Assembly: GCA_032161105.1 (NCBI GenBank)
Contig: JAVHTD010000019.1
Length of the DNA: 59,160 nucleotides
Origin: Candidatus Thermosaccharophagus tengchongensis
GTDB taxonomy: Bacteria; Armatimonadota; Fervidibacteria; Fervidibacterales; Thermosaccharophagaceae
Direction: 5' to 3' (one strand)
The notes below the pieces were generated by a model. The model saw only the letters and a list, made by a program, of their open reading frames with translations. It did not search any database and was not told where the DNA came from. The position numbers were made by a program, and so were the translations under genes. Below are positions 9,571 through 19,302 of the stretch, in pieces. The stretch's first letter is position 1, and each line of letters opens with the position of its first letter.

Positions 9571-10617
9571 GTGTTTGGCGAGTTGACGAAGTTGCTACCT
9601 CGTCCACCACAGTATTTTGTCCGAAAGCTTTGGGAGTTGCATTCAAGGCTTCGTGAGCACATCATTCGCAAGCGAGGTGAACTATTGCAGGAGAGCCTGA
9701 CGAGAGTGGTGGCTCGCAATGGCGATGTGAGTTTTGGCATAGATGTAGCTTCGGAGGAGTTGCTCATTGAATTTTGTGAGCGTTGGTCTCATGAGATGCC
9801 ATTCATACTCGTATCCGAGGGCTTCCCCGGAAACGGTTGGTGTCTCTTCCCAAAGGGATGCACCATCTCGGATGCGAAATTCATCCTCATCGTTGACCCC
9901 ATTGATGGAAGCCGTGAAATCATGTATGACAAGCGCAGCGCATGGATCTTGTCGGGCATCGCTCCAAACTTTGGTGAGCGCACATGCCTTAGCGACATCA
10001 TCATCGCCATGCAGACTGAGATACCGACGACAAAGCAACACATGGCAGATGTGCTGTGGGCTATCAAAGGACACGGAGCGAATGCCGAAAGGCACAACTT
10101 GGTAACTGGCGAAGTTCAAAAGCTCAAGCTTCAACCGTCCACAGCAACGACGCTGCAACACGGCTTTGCCATGTTGAGCAAATTCTTTCCGGCGGGCAAG
10201 GGCTTACTTGGACAGCTTGAAGAGGAGCTGTTTAGGCGATTACTCGGTGAGTCACAAATACCGTTGGCGTTTGACGATCAATACATCTCAACTGGTGGGC
10301 AGCTGTATGAGCTCGCCATCGGACACGACCGGTTCAATGCCGACCTTCGCCCCGTCATCTTTGAGATGCTTGGGTTAAGCGGTGATGCGATGCCGCTTTG
10401 TGCTCACCCGTATGACCTATGCACCGAGCTAATTGCAAGGGAAGCCGGCGTCATCATAACCGATGAGAATGGGAGGCAGCTGAGCGCTCGCTTGGACATC
10501 CGTGAGAATGTCGCATGGGTTGGCTATGCGAATGAAGTGCTGCGAAGACAAATAGAGCCGTTGCTTCATGAGTTGCTGTCAAGGCTGCGCGAGTTTGTGA
10601 GGCGAAAATTCATCTGA
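9571..10617 (+). CDS. Inositol monophosphatase / FBPase-superfamily phosphatase
   Basis: SEG, DPIDGS and HPYD…IAREAG motifs. Confidence 0.8.
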   Translation: MFGELTKLLPRPPQYFVRKLWELHSRLREHIIRKRGELLQESLTRVVARNGDVSFGIDVASEELLIEFCERWSHEMPFILVSEGFPGNGWCLFPKGCTISDAKFILIVDPIDGSREIMYDKRSAWILSGIAPNFGERTCLSDIIIAMQTEIPTTKQHMADVLWAIKGHGANAERHNLVTGEVQKLKLQPSTATTLQHGFAMLSKFFPAGKGLLGQLEEELFRRLLGESQIPLAFDDQYISTGGQLYELAIGHDRFNADLRPVIFEMLGLSGDAMPLCAHPYDLCTELIAREAGVIITDENGRQLSARLDIRENVAWVGYANEVLRRQIEPLLHELLSRLREFVRRKFI

Positions 10618-10635
10618 GCGTTGTGGTGAGCGGAC

Positions 10636-11292
10636 TTGAGGAAGCTCATTTATCGTGACATTGTTGAGGGTTTACTTGTTGTGCTCGTTTCGGCTGGCAT
10701 TGGGCTGCTGTCGGTGGCGCGCTTGCCAAGTAAAGTCCCAATACACTTTGATGTCAGTTGGCGTCCTGATGGGTATGCAACCAAGCCTTTGGCTCTTTCA
10801 CTTTTAATGGGCATGCCAATTTTCATCTGGGTGCTCATTACGGCTTGCTATTGGTTGGCAATTACCGAAAGCAGTTCACTTCGTCTTGATGAAACTTCCG
10901 CAAGGTGGGTGCGCCTGATACGCCTATTCGTTGCCCTGTTTATGATTTCAGTTGAGGCATCTATAGTAGCTGTCGCTCTCGGCTGGCTTGATAGCCCAAG
11001 AGTTGTCCTTATACCCATGTTGGGATTGTTATTCATCGTCATCGGAGAAGCATTGCCGCACCTTCGTCCAAACTGGGTTGCTGGCATAAGGCTTCCTTGG
11101 ACGATTGTTAACGAGTCGGTTTGGAGGCGCACTCACTTTGTTGGCGGGCGCAGCTTTATGGTGCTCGGTTCAATGGCGCTGTTCTTGCCGTTTATGCCGA
11201 CTTGGATGGATGTGGTATGGTTTGCCATCTTGCTTACCTTCATTGTCGCCATCGTTTGCTACGCTTATTTCCTCTATCGGGTGTGCAAGTGA
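10636..11292 (+). CDS. SdpI/YhfL family membrane protein (DUF1648 plus SdpI)
   Basis: LPSKVPIHF…PDG, PNWVAGIRLPWT and W.RTH..GG motifs. Confidence 0.85.
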   Translation: MRKLIYRDIVEGLLVVLVSAGIGLLSVARLPSKVPIHFDVSWRPDGYATKPLALSLLMGMPIFIWVLITACYWLAITESSSLRLDETSARWVRLIRLFVALFMISVEASIVAVALGWLDSPRVVLIPMLGLLFIVIGEALPHLRPNWVAGIRLPWTIVNESVWRRTHFVGGRSFMVLGSMALFLPFMPTWMDVVWFAILLTFIVAIVCYAYFLYRVCK

Positions 11293-11378
11293 AAGTTAAG
11301 TCCGTTGATGGCGAGCAAATTCAAAGTGCAATCCCATCAACGGGCGGTTTGCTCAGCGCTGTCGCAAAGTGAGCGTAA

Positions 11379-12110
11379 TTACCATCCAGCATGCTTCAAT
11401 GCTGCCTTGAGGTGCAGAAGCGCCTGTGCTTTCAATTGGCATGCGCGTCCTTTCGTGATACTCAGCAGCTTCGCGATTTCGTTCAGTGTCAACTGCTCGT
11501 AAAAGTAGAGGATGATGACGAGCTTTTCCCTATCGGGCAGCTCATCAACTGCTTTTGAGACAGCTTCATGCAATTCCTTCATTTCCGCTTTCTCACTTGA
11601 GCGTTCCCTTTCTTCACGCTCTGCCAGTTCGTTCATTTCCTCCCATGGCAAAAGAAGCACACGCGCAGCCTCAGGAATGCAACTATGAAGCTTCTCCGTG
11701 CATGCATTGAGCTCGCTTGCGCTCTCCTCACCCGTTGGAGGAGTTCTGCCGAACTCGTCCTTATGCTGTCCAGTTGCCTCATGAAACTGCCTCGCCTTGC
11801 GATATGCATTCCTTGGCACCCACCCCATAGTTCTAAGCCCATCAACTATTGCTCCCCTTATGCGCGCTGCTGCGTAGGATTCAAATGGTCCGCCTTTTGG
11901 GGCATCGTATCTTGTTATGGCTTCAAGCAATCCGAGCATTCCATATCCGACGATGTCCGCCTCATCAATTGAAGGGGGCAAAAGTGGTTTTATGCGTGCA
12001 ACCTGCCTCTTGACCAGCGGCAGGTATTGCTTAATCAGCTCATCATCTATCCCCTCATCCTTGTGCGGTTGATGCGCCTTCAACGCCCCCGAATGGAGCA
12101 TCTCGCTCAC
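11379..12110 (-). CDS. fliA: FliA/WhiG-family sigma-28 factor
   Basis: YLPLVK, GLLEAI.RYD, YAAARIRGAIVDGLR..GWVPR and region 4 LPDREKLVI.LY..E.LTL.EIA. Confidence 0.85.
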   Translation of the reverse strand: MSEMLHSGALKAHQPHKDEGIDDELIKQYLPLVKRQVARIKPLLPPSIDEADIVGYGMLGLLEAITRYDAPKGGPFESYAAARIRGAIVDGLRTMGWVPRNAYRKARQFHEATGQHKDEFGRTPPTGEESASELNACTEKLHSCIPEAARVLLLPWEEMNELAEREERERSSEKAEMKELHEAVSKAVDELPDREKLVIILYFYEQLTLNEIAKLLSITKGRACQLKAQALLHLKAALKHAGW

Positions 12111-12368
12111 CCCTCAACCTTGTGCAACTCTCCCTCAATGCCTTTTCGTCGGGGGGCAAGATGGCGGCGATGTGTCAGTGATTGTGAGGTGTCACTTGCT
12201 TGAGCCCTGAGCAGCGAGTGTGCAACGGCGAAAGAGTCACATCATTTGCCCACAGTTTGGTGCGTCAAAGTTTGCCATGTTCAAAGCCAATGCCACCCAT
12301 CCCAATTAGCCCGCCTTGGTTGCCCTCAGCTTGCTCACTATGGCTTAAGCTAATTTAAGCTAACATAA

Positions 12369-12396
12369 ACTATAGCGCGCACTTCCCGGATGTAAA
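12369..12396 (-). promoter_or_regulatory. Putative sigma70-type promoter for the fliA-like gene (TTTACA-N16-TATAGT)
   Basis: Minus-strand hexamers with a 16-nt spacer; a TTAAGCTAA direct repeat lies just downstream (12345-12363). Confidence 0.4.
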
Positions 12397-12670
12397 ACAG
12401 CACTTAGGTGATGGGTGAGAGAGGTTGGCTTTGCTTTCATGCGCCGTCGTAGATGTAGTGGAGTTACACAGTCCCTTGCGGATGAGCGGTCAGTATGGTG
12501 AGAGCAAACACAGCAACTTGGGGTAAGCTATTTGCGCTCGTTCAACAGCATCCTAAGACATCCTGCCCGCACAGTTTCTTGCCCAAGTTCGCGCTCCATG
12601 TGGACTGATTGCGAGCGCCAAATTGCTCCCTGAAAGTGCCCCTCTACATGCACCGAACGCTATGGCTGAC

Positions 12671-15061
12671 TTAAGAGCTCCCCTTTTCATCGCTGCACCT
12701 GACATTGATGCTGTTACGCAATGCAATGCCCAGCACTTCGTCCATGTGCCTGACGAAATGAAATTTCATGTCGCGGCGTATGTGCTCCGGTATCTCAACC
12801 AAGTCCTTCTCGTTATCCATCGGCAATATGATCTCCCGTATTCCCGCGATGCGTGCTGCGAGCACTTTCTCCTTGATTCCGCCGACTGGTAGCACCCTCC
12901 CAGTGAGCGTAATTTCGCCCGTCATTGCGACATCGCCGCGAACTGGCACACCAGTTGCAAGCGATGCAAGCGCTGTGGCAATTGTTATCCCGGCTGAAGG
13001 ACCATCCTTTGGAACTGCACCGGCTGGAACATGAATGTGGATGTCATGCTTCTCAAAGAAGTCCTCTGACACACCGAGTTCGCTTGAGCGTGAGCGAACA
13101 TAGCTCAATGCTGCATGCGCTGACTCCTTCATCACTTCGCCGAGCTGCCCAGTTATGATGACTTCCTTCCTCCCCGGCATCTTCGTTGTCTCAATGAGCA
13201 ATGTCTGACCGCCATTTGGCGTCCATGCGAGCCCAACGGCAACGCCGACTCTGTCAACAAGCTCTCGCTCATCGCTTATGTAGCGTGGCGGACCCAAGAG
13301 AGATGGCAGGTCATTTGGCGTAACATGCACTGGTTTGTCATCGCCTTGAGCAAACCTCCTTGCAACCTTGCGACATATCCTTGCTATCTCTCTGCTCAAG
13401 TTCCTCAAGCCGGCTTCACGAGTGTATTGGCGTATGATAAGCCTGATGGCGTCATCGCTGAATGTGAGCTTGTCTTCCTGAAGACCATGTTCATGCAGGT
13501 TGCGCGGTATCAAGTAGCGCTTTGCTATCTCAAACTTCTCCTCCTCGGTGTAGCCCGGGATGCGTATGACTTCCATTCGGTCAAGCAGGGCAGGCGGTAT
13601 TGTGTCCACTATGTTTGCCGTGCATATGAACATCACTTGTGATAGGTCAAATGGGACATCAAGGTAGTGGTCAACGAATGAGTGATTTTGCTCGGGGTCA
13701 AGCACTTCAAGCAGCGCTGCTGCTGGGTCGCCCCTGAAGTCAACTCCGAGCTTATCCACCTCGTCCAACATGAACACCGGGTTCTTTGTCCCGGCGTTCC
13801 TTATGCCTTGGATGATTCGTCCGGGGAGTGCCCCAACATAAGTCCTTCTATGTCCTCTTATCTCAGCTTCATCTCTAACTCCACCAAGCGATATCCTGAC
13901 AAACTTCCTTCCGAGCGCCCTCGCTATTGATTGCCCGAGCGATGTCTTACCAACGCCCGGCGGTCCTACAAAGCACAGTATCGGTCCTTTCGTGTCTGGC
14001 TTGAGCTTCCTCACAGCAAGGTATTCAAGCAGCCTTTCCTTCACATCTTCAAGGTCGTAATGATCTTCGTTGAGTATCTGCTCAGCCCTCTCAATGTCAA
14101 GGTTGTCCTCGGTCACCTTTGACCAAGGCAAGCTTATCAGCCAGTCAAGGTAAGTCCGTGAGACGGTATACTCAGCGGCAGCCGGCGGCATCTTCGCCAA
14201 TCTTTCAAGCTCTCTCTCGGCAGCCTGTCGGGCTTCCTCTGGCATTCCGGCTTCCTCAATCTTTCGGCGCAACTCTTCAATCTCAGCTTCCCTATCCTCC
14301 TCCTCACCGAGCATCTTTCGTATCTCCTTGAGCTGTTGGCGAAGGACGAATTCCCTTTGAGCCTTATCAAGTTCCTTGCGTGCCTCCTCCTGAATCCGTG
14401 CGGTCAGCTCAAGCACCTCAATCTCGTGGTTGAGCATCGGGATGAGCTTTTGGAGTCGCTCAATCGGGTTTACTATCTCCAAGAACTCCTGTCTCTGTTG
14501 CGGTTTGAGGTTGAGCGAGCTTGCGATGATGTCTGCGACCCAAGATGGCGTTTCACCGCTTTGGGCGAGCAGGTAGAGCTCATCTGGGAGTTGCGGTGAT
14601 AGCTGCACCACTCTTTGAAAGAGGTTAAGCGCCGTGTTCATCAGGGCTTGCACTTCAACCGTCTTTTCAACGGTCTCATCAACTGGTGTGTATCGTGCGG
14701 CGAAGAATGGCTCAGATTGAATCCACTCATCAATCGTCACCCTTGAAATGCCCCTTACAATGAGTTGTATTGCACCTGTTGGGAGGCGATTCATCCGAAG
14801 TATCATCACGAGCGTGCCGACAGAATACAGATCGCCAACCTGAGGGTCATCCACCGCTGGATCTCTCTGCATCACTGTGATGAAGTGGCGATGTGTGGCT
14901 GCAACTGCATCAACAGCCCTAATGCTTTTCTCCCTGCCAACATCTATCGGGGCAACCATGAACGGGTAGATGACGAGCTGGCGCAACGCTACCACTGGGA
15001 GTTCATTTGGAAGTTCGCCCCTTTGAACTTGTTGCACCTGTTCTTCATCGCCAGCAGGCAT
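12671..15061 (-). CDS. lon: ATP-dependent Lon protease (LonA)
   Basis: Lon N-domain, Walker [15 protein letters not shown] and catalytic PKDGPSAG. Confidence 0.97.
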   Translation of the reverse strand: MPAGDEEQVQQVQRGELPNELPVVALRQLVIYPFMVAPIDVGREKSIRAVDAVAATHRHFITVMQRDPAVDDPQVGDLYSVGTLVMILRMNRLPTGAIQLIVRGISRVTIDEWIQSEPFFAARYTPVDETVEKTVEVQALMNTALNLFQRVVQLSPQLPDELYLLAQSGETPSWVADIIASSLNLKPQQRQEFLEIVNPIERLQKLIPMLNHEIEVLELTARIQEEARKELDKAQREFVLRQQLKEIRKMLGEEEDREAEIEELRRKIEEAGMPEEARQAAERELERLAKMPPAAAEYTVSRTYLDWLISLPWSKVTEDNLDIERAEQILNEDHYDLEDVKERLLEYLAVRKLKPDTKGPILCFVGPPGVGKTSLGQSIARALGRKFVRISLGGVRDEAEIRGHRRTYVGALPGRIIQGIRNAGTKNPVFMLDEVDKLGVDFRGDPAAALLEVLDPEQNHSFVDHYLDVPFDLSQVMFICTANIVDTIPPALLDRMEVIRIPGYTEEEKFEIAKRYLIPRNLHEHGLQEDKLTFSDDAIRLIIRQYTREAGLRNLSREIARICRKVARRFAQGDDKPVHVTPNDLPSLLGPPRYISDERELVDRVGVAVGLAWTPNGGQTLLIETTKMPGRKEVIITGQLGEVMKESAHAALSYVRSRSSELGVSEDFFEKHDIHIHVPAGAVPKDGPSAGITIATALASLATGVPVRGDVAMTGEITLTGRVLPVGGIKEKVLAARIAGIREIILPMDNEKDLVEIPEHIRRDMKFHFVRHMDEVLGIALRNSINVRCSDEKGSS

Positions 15062-15064
15062 AGC

Positions 15065-15514
15065 CTAACCCTCCTTGATCTGAATCCTCATTGACTGACC
15101 TTGCGATGGCTTTCTTTTCTTTGGTGCGGTTATGTGCAGCAAGCCCATCTCAAGCTTCGCGACTATGCCATCTGGATCAACATCGTGTGGCAATTTGATT
15201 CGGCGCTCAAACTGTCCATAGTCAATCTCAAGGCTGTAATAGCTTTTGACCCTTCCCGTCTCCTCACGCCGGCGCACACCGCGGACCGTTAACTCACCGT
15301 TGTGGTATTCAACGCTCACATCGGATGGGCGAACGCCGGCGAGTTCAACCGTGATGCAAATCGCCTCTTCAGTTTCACACATGTCAACTGCTGGCAGCCA
15401 GAAGTTGCCTCCTTGCGAGATTGAAAACTGCGGTGAGACATTCTCGCGCCACTCGTCAAAGCCCCTCCACGCCACTTCAAATCCACTCAGCTCAAATCTC
15501 ACCTTCCTCAACAT
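15065..15514 (-). CDS. Hsp20/alpha-crystallin small heat-shock protein
   Basis: P.VD…ELAGV…L.VRG.R…EI.YGQFER…GLL.IT.PK; immediately upstream of lon. Confidence 0.9.
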   Translation of the reverse strand: MLRKVRFELSGFEVAWRGFDEWRENVSPQFSISQGGNFWLPAVDMCETEEAICITVELAGVRPSDVSVEYHNGELTVRGVRRREETGRVKSYYSLEIDYGQFERRIKLPHDVDPDGIVAKLEMGLLHITAPKKRKPSQGQSMRIQIKEG

Positions 15515-15526
15515 GAACCGCTCACC

Positions 15527-16375
15527 TCATCGCGATTGCACAACCCCTTGGCTTTCATGAACTGCCTCAATTGGGCGCTGAGCAACATAGTAAATTCTCG
15601 TGCTCTTTTTCCTCGGTGGGTTGAATGTGTATGCGTCAAATATGTGCATGCATCTAAACCCCGCATCAATCAGATACGAGGCAACCTCATCAATTGAGTA
15701 TGCCCTCTGGTAATGCACCTCCTTAAAGCGCAGCAGCGAGCCATCTTCTTGCTGCACCTGAAAATACATGTCCACTTTGCAAAGCTTTCTCTTTCGGTCG
15801 TATGTGCTCACCCAAAAATATTTGAGCCTGTCATCCGTATCAAGGTTGTCCTGCGTGAACAAGTTCGCTTCAAGCGCATACTCCGAGTTCATGTCAAATA
15901 TGAAGTAACCGCCCGGCTTCAGGGCATATAGCGTTGCGTTGAATGCCCTCTTTAGCGCATCGGGATCGGTGATGTAATTGAGGCTATCAAACAAGCAGAC
16001 CGCAAGGTCAAATTGGGATGGCAAAAGCAACTCGCTGATATCTTGGCAGTAGAACTCGGCGTTGAGATTAGGCTGCATCTCAACTTTGCGCAGTGCCTCC
16101 CTTATCATCGCCTCAGACTTATCAACCCCCACAACCCTGTATCCCCTCTTTGCAAACTCAATTGCGACATTTCCCGTCCCACAAGCCAAGTCAAGCACGC
16201 TTTCAAACCTAAACTTCAGGTGCTGAGCTATCCGATGAATGTAATCCACCCAGAGCGAATATGGAACTTCAGCCATCAACTCATCATAGTATGGGGCGAT
16301 GACGGTGAATGCCTCATTGTCTGGGAGCATTTTTGCATCCCTGAGCAATTCCTCAATCAGCGTTCTCTTCGCCAT
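15527..16375 (-). CDS. Class I SAM-dependent methyltransferase
   Basis: VLDLACGTG, VGVDKS..M and DSLNY motifs. Confidence 0.9.
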   Translation of the reverse strand: MAKRTLIEELLRDAKMLPDNEAFTVIAPYYDELMAEVPYSLWVDYIHRIAQHLKFRFESVLDLACGTGNVAIEFAKRGYRVVGVDKSEAMIREALRKVEMQPNLNAEFYCQDISELLLPSQFDLAVCLFDSLNYITDPDALKRAFNATLYALKPGGYFIFDMNSEYALEANLFTQDNLDTDDRLKYFWVSTYDRKRKLCKVDMYFQVQQEDGSLLRFKEVHYQRAYSIDEVASYLIDAGFRCMHIFDAYTFNPPRKKSTRIYYVAQRPIEAVHESQGVVQSR

Positions 16376-16488
16376 CTTAAGCCTCCCCTCGTGCGCTTCA
16401 GTTCAATGCTCAAATGGGGCGACCTCATTGGTGCTCGGCGCAATTGGCATGACCATTTTCACAGCATAGTGAGGCATTGAGATGACCC

Positions 16489-16983
16489 TCACTTACTGGT
16501 TCGCTTCTGCCCACTCCTTCTCCTGAGCTTGTTCAACTTTGCGAGCGCTTCTGCAAACCTGTGCGCATCGTCAAACTCCTGATATACCGAAGCAAACCTT
16601 ATGTATGCGACATCGTCAAGCTTGAGGAGCTTATCCATGACCCTCCTTCCAATTTCCCTTGATGTCACCTCTTTGAGACCGCGCCTGCGCAGCTCTTCCT
16701 CAATCTCTGCAGCTGCTTTTTGTATCGCCTCGTATGGTATTGGGCGCTTCTCACAAGCCTTCATCATGCCAGTCTCAACTTTGCCCCTGTCAAACAGTTC
16801 CCTCCTCCCATCCTTCTTGATCACGACCAATGGTTCAAGGGCTATGCGTTCGTATGTCGTGAAGCGATGCTGGCACTTCAAGCATTGTCTCCTGCGTCTA
16901 ATTGCCAATCCCTGTTCTGTTAATCGCGTATCCGTTACCTTTGTTGCAGACCCGCATAACGGACATTTCATTCGCCTCACCAA
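16489..16983 (-). CDS. nrdR: Transcriptional repressor NrdR
   Basis: MKCP.C…IRRRRQC.KC..RFTTYE zinc ribbon, ATP-cone and VAYIRFASVY. Confidence 0.97.
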   Translation of the reverse strand: MVRRMKCPLCGSATKVTDTRLTEQGLAIRRRRQCLKCQHRFTTYERIALEPLVVIKKDGRRELFDRGKVETGMMKACEKRPIPYEAIQKAAAEIEEELRRRGLKEVTSREIGRRVMDKLLKLDDVAYIRFASVYQEFDDAHRFAEALAKLNKLRRRSGQKRTSK

Positions 16984-17258
16984 CGCACCATAAGCGTGAG
17001 TTTAAATGATTCGCACGCCCAAATATCATGATAGCGTTTGATTCGTTGCGCCATAGCCTTTCAGTCTTTAATCGCTGACGCGGCTTTAAGCATTAACTCT
17101 GCGTCATAATTACCATACGAGAGCGAAGGTGGTGTGTGGTTGTGCGATGCTGTTTGGGGAAAAGAGCGGAGGTGATGTCCACGAAAGTCGCCTCACAAAA
17201 GCTCTGGCAATGTCTCCTCCAAGGCGCAACTGCGTGTTGAACCAAACAAAGGCAGGGG

Positions 17259-18443
17259 GTGAAGGAGATGGTTAACATACCGGCGGTTGTGGCATTCGCG
17301 AGCGTGTTTGTATTGGGCATATGCTTTTCGGTGATTGGAAGTGTGAAGCTAAAACTTGCCGAGGTGCTCCAGATTGACGATGCCAAAGTTGGCGGTTTGA
17401 TTTCAGCTTTGATGTTTTGCAGCTTAATTGCGGTGCTGATAATCGGACCAGCTATGGATAAGGTTGGCTACATGGTAATTGCGGTTTTGGGCTTCCTGCT
17501 CGCCGGCATTTGCATATGGATGCTTGCGGCATCAAAGACATACTCAGCTGCGTTCATAGCCTGCCTTCTGCTTGGCATCGGCGCTATGTGTGTCAACACT
17601 GCCGGAAATGTCCTCGGTCCAACGGTGCTCTTTGGTGGTGCTAATCCTGCTGCCGCGTCAAATCTGTTAAATGTCTTCTTCGGCGTCGGCGCTTTCATAA
17701 CACCGCTAATAGCCGCAGCGTTGCTTGGGCGCGTCGGATATTCAAAGACAGTGGCTGTCATAGGAGCAATATGCTTCGCCCCGATAATACTCGCATTGAT
17801 AAGTTCATACCCACCAGCTCCTCCGGGGTTCAATGTCGTCAGGTCAATCGGGTTGATAACTGAGGCAGCGGTGCTCCTTGGCGGCATATCGCTCTTTTGC
17901 TACATCGGACTTGAAGCTTCAATGGGCGGATTCATAACGACATATCTGAAGAGCCACGAGATGTCGGATGAGAGAGCCAACACATTCCTCTCCGGCTTTT
18001 GGATTTGCCTGATGGTAGCGCGCCTCATAGCTGCATCCATCCTTGGTGGCATCCCACCAGTGCACCATGGTGTTGCCGTCATCATACTGAGCGTCATTGC
18101 TGCCATAGCGATCGGCATCATGATAGGCGCACGCACAGCTGCACAAGGTGTCATCGGGACGCTGTTGTGCGGGCTTTCGTTCGGACCGATGTTCCCCACG
18201 CTTGTTGGAGTCACATTCACCAAGACAAACGCAATTAAGGCCGGCATCACGGGAAGCGTGTTTGGGTGGATATTCGCAATAGGGTTGCTTGGCGGGATCG
18301 TCATCCCGATGCTTGTCGGGAGGTATTCGGCAAGGCTCTCAATAAGGCAGAGCCTTCGCATACCTCTCATCGTTTCCATTCTCCTCTTCATCTTCGTAGC
18401 CATACTCCAATGGGTTGTGCCGATGGCGACAGTTGAGCAATAG
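17259..18443 (+). CDS. MFS transporter (probable sugar permease)
   Basis: About 12 TM helices, GPAMDKVG MFS motif, FFGVGA and GPMFPT. Confidence 0.85.
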   Translation: MKEMVNIPAVVAFASVFVLGICFSVIGSVKLKLAEVLQIDDAKVGGLISALMFCSLIAVLIIGPAMDKVGYMVIAVLGFLLAGICIWMLAASKTYSAAFIACLLLGIGAMCVNTAGNVLGPTVLFGGANPAAASNLLNVFFGVGAFITPLIAAALLGRVGYSKTVAVIGAICFAPIILALISSYPPAPPGFNVVRSIGLITEAAVLLGGISLFCYIGLEASMGGFITTYLKSHEMSDERANTFLSGFWICLMVARLIAASILGGIPPVHHGVAVIILSVIAAIAIGIMIGARTAAQGVIGTLLCGLSFGPMFPTLVGVTFTKTNAIKAGITGSVFGWIFAIGLLGGIVIPMLVGRYSARLSIRQSLRIPLIVSILLFIFVAILQWVVPMATVEQ

Positions 18444-18527
18444 GGAGCCGCATTATTTGATACCCGGGATAACCATTGAGAGCAGCGAAAGCGGTTTAAT
18501 CCATCTTCAACTCGTGGGGAAACAACC

Positions 18528-19148
18528 TCATTTGCTTTCGTCCACCATCTTTTGCCCTCTGTGAGTTCGTTTTGGTGCTGACCTGACGAGCTTTCTCACC
18601 TCATCAATCGGCACTGGCTTTATGAGCAAAGTGACACTGCCGTATGCCATAGCTCTTGAGACGAGTTCGCTGTTTGGGAAACCGGTCACAAAAACGACCG
18701 GCAACTCCGGGTCTATCTGCCGCAGCTTTATGAATGTCTCAATGCCATCCATATGCCCCGGCGGGAAGTAAAGGTCAAGGAAGACGATGTCATATGTAAT
18801 TGCCGAGACGCGCTCAACTGCCTCTTCACCGCTAAACAGTGTATCCACTATGCAGTGTTCCCGTTCAAGTGCCCTTTTGAACACATCACACACATCCGGG
18901 TCGTCATCAACGACGAGGACAAATTTTTTCGTCGTCTCCGGGCGTCGCCTCTCAAGCCATTCATCAAGCTCGCGTTTAACCACACGCCACCTGTTTCCAA
19001 TTTTTCGTCCCGGCAAAGCACCGCTGTTCAGAAGCTTGTAGACGGTCATAATATGCATGCCGAGGTATTCGGCAACTTCCTCAACGGAGAGAAGTCGTTC
19101 CTCTTCTGCCATTCCTTCGGGCAAGGACATCTTCACATCAGCTGTCAT
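18528..19148 (-). CDS. Response regulator with N-terminal excisionase-like HTH and C-terminal receiver domain
   Basis: LLSVEEVAEYL…TVY…LPGRKIGNRWR followed by VLVVDDD…FLDL…VTG…KP. Confidence 0.88.
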   Translation of the reverse strand: MTADVKMSLPEGMAEEERLLSVEEVAEYLGMHIMTVYKLLNSGALPGRKIGNRWRVVKRELDEWLERRRPETTKKFVLVVDDDPDVCDVFKRALEREHCIVDTLFSGEEAVERVSAITYDIVFLDLYFPPGHMDGIETFIKLRQIDPELPVVFVTGFPNSELVSRAMAYGSVTLLIKPVPIDEVRKLVRSAPKRTHRGQKMVDESK

Positions 19149-19302
19149 TGATTTTTGCCACCGATGCCCTTCCCATCCACCTCCTTAGCCATCCAAAATT
19201 ATGACACTCTCAAATTGCATGTTGCATAGCAACTGGGGGTGCCGCCATCGCCATCTGCGGTATGCCGGCAGTTCAACATATCTTGCGCGTAATTGGTTCG
19301 CA

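Noticed and set aside
11296..11317. 22-nt near match (2 mismatches) to 39768-39789 in the redoxin gene
   Set aside because: The similarity does not extend convincingly and there is no supporting ORF or RBS; treated as chance or an uninformative remnant
12240..12280. c-di-GMP-I riboswitch-like words (GGCAAAC…GACGCA) on the minus strand upstream of the fliA-like gene
   Set aside because: Only 3 nt separate the words, so the GNRA-capped P2 stem is missing, and I see no P3 or tetraloop receptor
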